Below are positions 54,475 to 64,000 of a stretch of 64,000 bases of DNA, piece after piece (the first letter of the stretch is position 1; the number at the start of each line of letters is the position of its first letter). The DNA is taken from assembly GCF_006345805.1 (NCBI RefSeq), contig NC_043003.1:111104001-111168000 (forward strand), given 5' to 3'. The notes under the pieces were generated by a model. It had not been told where the DNA came from. It ran no database searches and was given only the letters and a program-made list of their open reading frames with translations. Origin of the DNA: Octopus sinensis. Lineage: Eukaryota. The position numbers were made by a program, and so were the translations under genes.

Positions 54475-55439
54475 TATATGTATGCATGCATGCATTTATG
54501 TATGTATATAAGTGTGGGTGTATGTGTAGGTGTGCAGAGTGGTAGAGAAGAGACAGAGAGACAGTGTTAAAGATACTAAAGGACAGACAAAGAGATATAC
54601 AGGAAGATAAAGACACAATCAGACAAGCTAGGAGTGACAAACAGACAGATCTTCCGTTACTATAATTGGACTTTGGCGAGGACAGTCTGAGAAATGGGAA
54701 AATTACAACCTCGTTTACAATAACATTTCTTAGAATAAGTGTGCATTGTTTGTCATTAATCTTTATTACTCGGCGCCGCTAACTATAAAAAACCTATTAT
54801 TTACTTTTTATAAATCTTCTATGTGGAAACATTCGATTTTACTGTCAAGTAAGGTAGTAATTTTTTTTTAACTGTAATATAAAATGTGTTTATATAGCAG
54901 TGCATGTTCTGTGACTAGAGAAGAAAATCTACAGCGTTAGCAGTCTCAAGCTTAGTTAGACTTAATATTTCTGGAAATATTAAAAAGTTTCGCTAACGAT
55001 TCTACAATTGTTTACTGAATTTATTATGATATATTTATATTTTTGGGGCTGAACTTCTTTTATTTTAATGCAAAGTATAACAGCAATCACCAAATATCAG
55101 CTACTATCTGTTTGTCTGTCCGCTCCCCCCCTCTCTCTGTCTTTCACTCTTTTTCCATCTCTCTCTCTCTTTCTCTGTATATGTATGTATGTATACACTT
55201 ATATCTATTTATACATACACATACAAACCCCTCATGTATACATACTTGTATTTTTTATCGCTTAGGTTATTCGTTTAAGTTTAACGATTCTTCTAATACT
55301 TCGATGGTTTATGGCCTCAACGGAAACTGCAAGCTTTACGAAAGAGGAAATGTCAAAAATAAATAGTTACGAGTATATATTCTTGCGTTCAATAAGAAAT
55401 TAAAGGTGGTGATAAACGAGTAGTTGTTGTATGTGTATA

Positions 55440-55800
55440 GGATTCTTTATACAGGAATTTATTCAGTTTACACACTCTGCCACCGGTATATAAGATACAA
55501 TTTGGAATACCAACATTTACTAAGGGTAAGCAAACATGATACATCAAAGAGTAAATGTATTTAGGCATCCTTCCTCTCTGCAAAAACTCTTAGGATCGAT
55601 TCCAGTGAGCGTTGCACATGAATTCGTATTTCTCAAAGTACTTTTGTTGTTGCTTGAATGCTTGAAGCCCTTACTTTTCTTTGGGCTAACACAAAACATG
55701 AAGAGGAATAACCCTCTGCTTGAAAGATGTCAAAACTCTCTTCTCTCAATAAGGCGTGGATCTTTAAACAACAATGAATGAATCCCCGTATAAAGAATCC
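55440..55800. repeat. Possible MITE: 25-bp imperfect terminal inverted repeats (22/25)
   Basis: ggattctttatacaggaatttattc (55440-55464) versus gaatgaatccccgtataaagaatcc (55776-55800); no TSD identified. Confidence 0.45.
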
Positions 55801-57070
55801 ACATGCACACTGCTTGTCTGACAAAAGCAAATGCAAGTTTTAACTTCTCGAAATCCTTAGAACGTATATCTCTTCGACCATTGCTGGTACAAGGTAAAAT
55901 AGCTACTTAAATGCGAAATAAAGAATTAAATAGAATTATAATTTAAAATATATGGTGTTCTATCAAACGTGATTAGCATCTTTACATTATTTTGTATTTG
56001 AAATTATTCTACCAGGATGTAGTTTTAATGAAGCTACATCTTTTGATGTGAGATATAAACGAACAATTTTGTACACGGTCAATGCAGCGGAAATATATAT
56101 AATTATAGAAAGATTTCGACAGCCTAATATTTTCAGTTCCATGAACCAGAGAAAAGTACATGCAGTTAATGTCTGCTACAACAAACACAACCACCTGTAA
56201 TTAACATTTTTCAATTTATGTTACTTTGAGTATTCATTATTATTTATTTTACTTATTTATTCATTTATCCTTTTAAAAATGATCGCTGAAGTTGTTTACG
56301 GTAAGGAATTATGTATGATGAAATTTTTGTAAAAAAAAATACATATCTAAATTGTATTTCAAATTCAGAAAAATGGATTTAATTGAGTTTGAAATACAAA
56401 AAAAAAAAAAATTCAGTACGACATGAGTGGAATCATTTTATTTTACTCTTTTTTATCGTTTCCGCCACAAATCGCTCCACCCCAAAAAATCATTCCATTT
56501 GAATTCTGTTTTCTCTGAAATTATATTATTCTGGAATCAGGTTAATCCATTTGCTCTCAAAAACTGAGGGGGGTGGTCATATATATTCATATAAGATATA
56601 TATCCATACGCATAAACACTGAGATTCATATACAATCGTACTCTAATCCTGAATACGCCAATACAAATAAATTTCCACATGCAAACTCACATACATAAAG
56701 CAACTACAGAGCAACTACTCGCCACTGATTTGTAAAACACAATCATTGAATAAATGTATGTTATAGATGTTGACCAACACCGTCCTTATGAAAACAACTG
56801 CATTTCTATCATGTTATTGCAGTGGAGTCAGCAATAAGAATTATCCGAATGTATTTCAGTCACGTGATTCGATTTCTTCGGCAACTAAGTATTGCCTAAA
56901 ACTCTATACGGAAATTCACGCACGTAAACACCGAAACGCTCATGCTTGCTCACACGCTTACTCACACGCATACACGCACACGCACACACACACACACAGC
57001 CATGTCTGTATGAACACACAACACACTCACACACTCACCTGCATGCAACACTCATATAAAAGTACATATA

Positions 57071-57733
57071 TAATGAGACAGCCCATAAATAATGCGTTTT
57101 TGTTTTCAGTTGCATGAACTAAAAGCCTGAAACGAGATAAACCACCTGCAACAACTTGTATAAAAGCAGGTAGTAATTTTACCTTGAACATATTCTTAGT
57201 GCAAATTTTCAGAGTGCAGTTATATTTTAATATTTATAATATTCATTTTTTCAAAGCTATAATGGAAGTGACAAAAGAGCATATTTAGTAGATTTTGCTT
57301 TATGAGTTCAGTGCGAGGAACATTACTGCAGTATATGGAGAACGGACAATAAGTGTAAGCCAGCGTTAATGGTAGTTCCAGAAATTACTAATCGGAGAAT
57401 GCAGTCTAGAAGACGATCTTCGTCCTGGAAGATCTGTAGAGATCGATGTGGATGTCCTAGAAACCCTGGTTGAGCAAAGTCCCATCGTCACCATTGAAGA
57501 ACGAGCTAAGAAGCTTGGATTTGGTCATTCACCCATTAATCGAGTTCAGAACAGTAATGTTCGTCACAGACAAGTGAATTGTAGAAGAGGGGCCTTCAAA
57601 GTCTGTCAGATAGATGGAGGAGCATTGTAGAAAATGATGGAAAGTATATTTTAGAATAAAAAATACTTTGTTTATCTTGATTTCGAAAACTAAAAGAAGT
57701 ATAAAACCGCATTATTTATGGGGTGACCCAATA
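57071..57733 (+). mobile_element. Internally deleted mariner with both TIRs and TA flanks
   Basis: 5' ta-atgagacagcccataaataatgcgttttt versus 3' aaaaccgcattatttatggggtgacccaa-ta. Translation MEVTKEHI..ILLYEF..ARNITAVYGE..SLEDDLRPGRS..LVEQSP is joined to the C-terminal LSDRWRSIVENDGKYILE*, and the DDD domain is missing. Confidence 0.85.
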
Positions 57734-58892
57734 CTTGTATAAATACATATGTGTGTGTGTATAGGTATGCTTGTCTTAAATCGCAATTCGAACGACAACC
57801 AAGACTATTTACTAAATTTGTATTCATAAATAAGCTCTAAACATCAATGCAGCTCCAGAGGACAAACTTCCTTCTTAACATTGATTCATTTACTCTTCAC
57901 ATTTCTTTGATAATATATTGTCAGATATTGTGATTCTTATAATGAAGCAAGGATATAATGGGAAATTTTTATGGAAAAATCTGCTTTTTGGCACTCGCAA
58001 GATATTCTCAGTCTGGTGTTTAGAATTTGTTTTATGATTGCAAGATTTGCTGTCGTATATTGAAATTATTGAAATCTGCTCAATTGAGGAAGAATTTGCA
58101 GGCTAAATCCAATATTATTCAAAGTATCATAATTTAATTTCCCTTAGTGTATGCATGGAACATCGAACCTAACATTGAAACTGATCTCAAGGAATTATAT
58201 TGATGTATTCTTATAACTGTAGTGATTACAATTGATTCTAAGTAGCAAATAAGACCATAGAGAATATATGTTGAAACTAAAATTCATTACAGGATCAGCA
58301 TTAACAAGACCTGTAGCAGATTATTTGTTCTAAAATGTTCTGGAGGTATACGCAATGTGTTGTAAAAGAGGGAGATGGGCAAAACCTTAAATTTAGGGAT
58401 AATCTTAAAATATCACCAGTGCACATTCATCTATATTGAATGACAACATAAAGAAAGAAAACTAACAACAAAATATGTTGATAGATTTAAGTACTTCACA
58501 GAATAGATTTTGTGAGGTACTTACTCATGTTCACATTCTGGTTGGTACCATAAATATCCAGTAGCATTTCCTCTAAATTTAAATTCACTTCTGTATGTAA
58601 CACTTGAGCAGTTTTGTGCTATTTGTTCTGAAATATCCGTTTTAAGAGTTCATTATTTTGATTATCATGTATTATTGTATCCATGTTCCATCTCGCTTGA
58701 CAAAAATGCTCTCATCAAGCATTGCTCCTCTTTTGAAGCTCAAGGAGATATCATGAGTTCCTCCCCTGGTCACGCATGGAAGAATTGAATTTACGCATTC
58801 AGAAATTACTAAAGGAAATCGATGATAATTCTACTCGTCATTTTTAAAGACATATGCTCCTAACGAATTGAATCCTGAATACACTGTCTTTT

Positions 58893-59108
58893 GAGTTTGT
58901 TTTTGTCCCCCTTCACAACCGATGCCGGTGTGTTTACGTTTCCTATAACCTTGAGATTTAGCGAAGGAATCTGATAGAATGAGTACCTGTCTAAAAATAA
59001 TAAAACTAAGGGCTGGAACGGATTCTTTTAACTAAAGTTTTCCGAGATTGCACTCCAGCATGGCTTAGCGTTAAAGAATGAAGCAAATACAAGGTGAAAG
59101 ATAAAAGA
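58893..59108 (+). mobile_element. Diverged 3' half of the main SINE
   Basis: tttgtcccc..caaccgatgccggtgtgtttacgt.. through gcactccagcatggc. Confidence 0.6.
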
Positions 59109-59561
59109 TTCTGTCACAAATAATATATCTGAGATAACATTGTTCTTTCTGTCCTTCCTAAATATGATAAGGTGTCCGCTGACGGTCATTTGCCTGGTAT
59201 TTCTACTAGGTCACTTGTCCTTTTTGGCTGATGGCAAAGGAACGCCGAACTAGGAGATATAGAAATAACGATATTTTAGACATGATTATGACCCCATTGC
59301 GTTCATATTATATTTATCTAGGATGGTTTAATCCGATACGTTCCTTTAGAATTCTTCGCTGGTCTATCTAAGTACAAATGAGATAGGGCAGATAGGCTTC
59401 TTCCTCCTTTTTCATTTTGTAGTTCGTAATGTCTATGGAGTCGATCGCATATTTTACAACCCAATTTTAAATTGTAGCTACGCAAATGCAATCAATATCA
59501 ATGTGATTCAAGACCTGCCACAATTCTTTTTGATCTTCGTGAAACTGAACTTATAAGACTG

Positions 59562-59607
<46 letters not shown>

Positions 59608-59933
59608 ATATATATATAGCCACCGGTTTAATTGGTTTGTTACTATTTGTGATGCAGATCATTAAGCGAACGCAAAATATGAATTGCTGAAGGAAGAGTA
59701 ATGACGAGGCAGAACTGCATAAATATATATATATACATACGTATATATAAAATATCAATAGAGTTAAAAAGAAACTGTCTACTTTCTATTTGTTGCATTT
59801 TAAAATAATAAAATCGCATTCAGGATAAAATATCCCATAAAATATCACACTTCCACTCAAATATTCAAATATTAAAGGTGTTACAAATATTCCATAACTG
59901 AATGCATTAATATATATTTGTGTGTCTATAAGC

Positions 59934-59997
<64 letters not shown>

Positions 59998-60000
<3 letters not shown>

Positions 60001-60343
60001 CTCTTACTCTTTTACTTGTTTCAGTTATTTGACTGCTGCCATGCTGGAGCACCGCCTTTAGTCGAGCAAATCGACTCCGGGACTTATTCTTTGTAAGTCC
60101 AGTACGTATTCTATCAGTGTCTTTTGCTGAACCGCTAAGTGACGGGGACGTAAACACACCAGCATCGGTTGTCAAGCAATGCTATGGGGACAAATACAGA
60201 CACACAAACACACACACACATATATATGCATACATATATAGGACAGGCTTCTTTCAGTTTCTGTCTACCAAATCCACTCACAAGGGATTGGTCGGCCCGG
60301 GGCTATAGCAGAAGACACTTGCCCAAGATGCCACTCCTGCGCC
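59998..60343 (-). mobile_element. Main SINE with most of the Pol III promoter deleted
   Basis: Reverse complement begins ggcgcaggagtggc|atcttgggcaag, lacking about 60 bp present in the 53652 copy; the 3' tail is complete. Confidence 0.9.
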
Positions 60344-60599
60344 TATATACGTATATATTCGTAGAAATTACGACCTCATTAGGGACAATATAATCCAAGC
60401 TATTACACTGGTTTAATCCGTATTATATAATTGTAAAATCATTGGTATATGTTTAGGTTTATTGAATTTTTTAATAATGAGGGAAAGACAACAAGAAAAT
60501 GGGGAATAAATAGACGTAAGTACTGACTTATTTGTATTTTGCACAAAGCTGACGTTTATATATATATGTAGAAGCGTGAAAAAACTACGGAAAGCTCAT

Positions 60600-60879
60600 G
60601 TTATAAGGTTAAAGTATATATTTAAGTCATTACGTTAGAAAAATGTTATAAAATGTTGTGTATAGTAACATAGTCTTTGGAGAAATAACCGGTTTCGTAT
60701 TTTCTTTTCAAATTTCTCAAATTTCTTTACCTACATCGTGTCTTGCCTTCACTATGAAGAGAAGAGTTCCAGGCAAGGGAAGGTAATAACCGGTTATTTC
60801 TCCCAAAACTATGTTACTACACACAATATTTTATAACTTTTTTCTAACATGACTTAAATATATTCTTTACACTTATAAC
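60600..60879. repeat. Fold-back/MITE-like element, about 95-bp inverted arms
   Basis: gttataag..tttaagtcat..gtagtaacatagt..ggagaaataaccggtt (60600-60694) versus its reverse complement at 60788-60879, roughly 85% by eye; inner 7-bp stem cttgcct/aggcaag. Confidence 0.85.
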
Positions 60880-61726
60880 ACAAACGTTCTTTAGTCTTTC
60901 ACTTTTGATACATCCAGCCACGTGCTTTCACACACCAACTCTCTCACATATATATATATATATATATATACTCACACACATACATATATATATATATGTA
61001 TGTATACATTTATATATACACACATATATATATATATATATGTATGTATACATGTATATATACACACACAATATATATATACTTATATGTATATATGTAT
61101 ATATATACATGTATATATACACACACATTATATATATATAAATATATATGCATTTATTCATACACATATATACTCATATAAATTTGTTTCCACTTACGCA
61201 CACGTACACATACACGCACGCATGCATATTTATTGATTCTTCGATTTACCTGATTATTGAGGTGAAAATGTGTGATGAAACAAATGTGTTATGGGAGTGT
61301 CATCAGTTTTATTTCGCTTATATTATTATAATTGGTCAATTAGTAACCCAATATCTGAATTAAGCAATCGATTGTTTGATAATTAACTCGTTTAATCAAT
61401 CAATTAACATGATTGTCATTCTATTCGGCTCACTTTACGACCTTATCCCTGACTTCACCCACAATTCTCAACATCGTCGACGAGAGAATATAAGTAACGA
61501 GACATGGTTTCCATCAGGTGATGAAAACTGTCCCATAAGCGAACTGATTCACTGATTAATTGAAATATAAACATATATTCCTTAAAAATCAAAGGTGCTC
61601 TAAAATACAAATTCGAGCATTATATACACATAACTATTTGTGTGCGTGAGTGTGTATGTTTATGTATTTATACTTACACACACACACACACATATATATA
61701 TATGTATATAAATGTACCCTGGTATG

Positions 61727-61789
<63 letters not shown>

Positions 61790-61808
61790 GTTATATGTAA
61801 CTATCTAC

Positions 61809-61870
<62 letters not shown>

Positions 61871-62092
61871 GTATATACATTTGCATATACATACATACAA
61901 AATCTAAATCTACCAGATCAAGGAAAAACCACTTCAAGCTGCCTCTGATAGGCAATGACACCATCGCACTTTCAGTTGCAGTTATGACCAGAGTTTTGAT
62001 GGTAAACGAGACTGAGTTGTCCTAATACATACCTATGTCAATTGACAGAAACACCTTACATATTTTATCTGCCTCTCACTCTGTGTGTATGA

Positions 62093-62133
<41 letters not shown>

Positions 62134-62146
62134 ACTTTTAATTTTG

Positions 62147-62774
62147 CATTGGGTATGATAAGTAAATTCCATTGGGTATGATAAGTAAAATTGCATTGGG
62201 TATGATAAGTAAAATTTTTGGTAGAAATGACTAATTGTCCCTCGTAGCGTGTGGCATGTATGTATAATAATTAATGCCCTCTATATATAAATTAATATGT
62301 TCAATAAGAAAGAATTATTTTCGAAATTTTTTCTCTTATGAGGTTTTTCACGCTATCTACCTGATAATTTCTTGTTAAGATTCCTTATTAAGAAGTTGTC
62401 CTTAATTGTTAAATAATTTTACTCCGAAAAAACTTTTCCTACGCGAAATGCAATTCGAAGATGCCTGCCATTTACCGGATGTATTATATGTAAACTTCTC
62501 CATGTGCTTCTTTGGGATCGAGCAGTTAGCAGTTCGGTTTTGACGAGACTGGTCGTTTATTTATGATATGTTCAGAATCAATCTTGCTGACGAGTACGGT
62601 CGCTAATGGCGGTAAGTACGAAATCACAGGTGATACAAGATTAAATTCATTTTTTAAATGTCTTGCTTTGAAAAAATTGCATTGGGTATGATAAGTAAAA
62701 TTTTTGGTAGAATTGACTAATTGTCCCTCGTAGCGTGTGGCATGTATGTATAATAATGCCCTCTATATATAAAT
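62147..62774. repeat. Two ~105-bp near-identical direct repeats flanking 380 bp; the left one is preceded by extra copies of its first ~23 bp
   Basis: 62187-62292 versus 62673-62774 differ by one substitution and a 4-nt indel; cattgggtatgataagtaaa occurs at 62147, 62170, 62194 and 62680. Confidence 0.85.
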
Positions 62775-62775
62775 A

Positions 62776-62839
<64 letters not shown>

Positions 62840-62843
62840 CACA

Positions 62844-62935
<92 letters not shown>

Positions 62936-63156
62936 GTGTGTGTATAAAATATATGTATGTATATATATATACATATATATATACATATACATACATATAC
63001 ATATACATAAATATGCATATACATATATATACATATATGTATATGCATATATGTATATATGTACATATATATTTATAAACACACACACACACACATAAAT
63101 ATATATATATATATATATAAACACACACACACATATAAACATATATATATATATAA

Positions 63157-63228
<72 letters not shown>

Positions 63229-63984
63229 CATACATACGATATTATATTATATTCTATTATATAAATCAGTTTCATTTGGCTCCGTGCGACTTAATATTTC
63301 ACGGGCTTCTAAAAGACACCCGGCTCGTTCAGGCAACTATTACATGAAGTCCAAGATTGCTTCTACTGTTACTAAATCTTGTTTGTGCGTGGGAACCTTG
63401 CATTTGCTTGTGTACCTTTGAGTAAAGTTTATCTAGCAGAACATATGCGTGTGTTTAAGTCTGTTGAACGCGTACGTTTGTAAATCCACACGTATGCTTT
63501 TGGTATTTATGTACTCTTGGCCATACTGGTTACCTGGGCATTCAGGTAATCAGCATAACAGATTGGGTGCCAACGCTGTACATTTGAATAACATTTGCAA
63601 TCATTTCAACAGATTTCTCTACCTGTACCCAATTTTACTCAAAATCTATCGGTTCGTAAGAGACTATAGAAAGTGCCGTTTCATCAATAAGTTATGCATT
63701 GAGATTGCACCTTGGGCTTTGTGATTGCCAAATGAACATCTTAGCATTTCCTCCATGATGTCCATTTGTGCTTACATAGTATGCATACGTATATTATACG
63801 TATAGAGAAGCAGCGGAAGAAAGAGAGGGATAGGGAATGGGAATATATGTGAAGAAAATCTTATATATTCCCTCTAAATTCATTGCACAAATGATGAATA
63901 ACGAATATTATTCATTTCAAAAGCTACTTCAGACTTGATAGGCCACCTATCTTGAACAAACTCTATACAAGATGTCTGGCACTC
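62576..63984 (+). CDS. Speculative three-micro-exon chain (62576-62611, 63613-63655, 63924-63984) of a small secreted protein
   Basis: Splice sites ttcag|..GGCG|gtaagt, ttcaacag|..GTTC|gtaaga and ttcaaaag|..|gttaag are phase-compatible and give [46 protein letters not shown]. No homology is recognised. Confidence 0.18.
62770..63230. repeat. (TA)n/(CA)n compound microsatellite
   Basis: Directly visible. Confidence 0.95.
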
Positions 63985-64000
63985 GTTAAGCTATTAACTG

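Noticed and set aside
38620-55840. About 30-bp similarity (aaacttg..tcagacaagcag..tgcat) between minus-strand acceptor-like sites near 38620 and 55810, suggesting paralogous exons
   Set aside because: The similarity does not extend, the translations diverge after DKQ, and both are short hairpins.
62147-62213. Three ~23-bp direct repeats, superficially CRISPR-like
   Set aside because: They are contiguous with no unique spacers, in a eukaryotic context with no cas genes.

Overview
AT-rich, microsatellite-saturated animal DNA. The SINE architecture and (TA)n/(CA)n load suggest an octopus-like cephalopod; this is inference, not a database match. No host protein-coding gene, rRNA, true tRNA or CRISPR array can be supported, and most ORFs in the track are translations of (TA)n/(TG)n arrays. 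The recognisable content is mobile DNA. There are four large CR1-group LINE copies from two families (one with an uninterrupted ~610-codon RT ORF at 44954-46786) plus a remnant of a third family, two RTE LINE remnants, three Tc1/mariner remnants, Penelope-like remnants carrying degenerate minimal hammerhead-ribozyme motifs, and about ten tRNA-derived SINE copies. The most notable structures are: (i) a 3' module GGYGGTGCY..CATGGCC-NN-[stem-loop]-(G/A)AAAC shared, with covarying stems, by the LINE families and the main SINE; (ii) two in-register hammerhead motifs; (iii) CR1 copies bracketed by TA microsatellites; (iv) many perfect or near-perfect inverted repeats that would form dsRNA if transcribed. 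A few low-confidence exon candidates are listed (a Ly6/three-finger-like last exon at 22.5 kb and a possible secreted-protein start at 62.6-64 kb).
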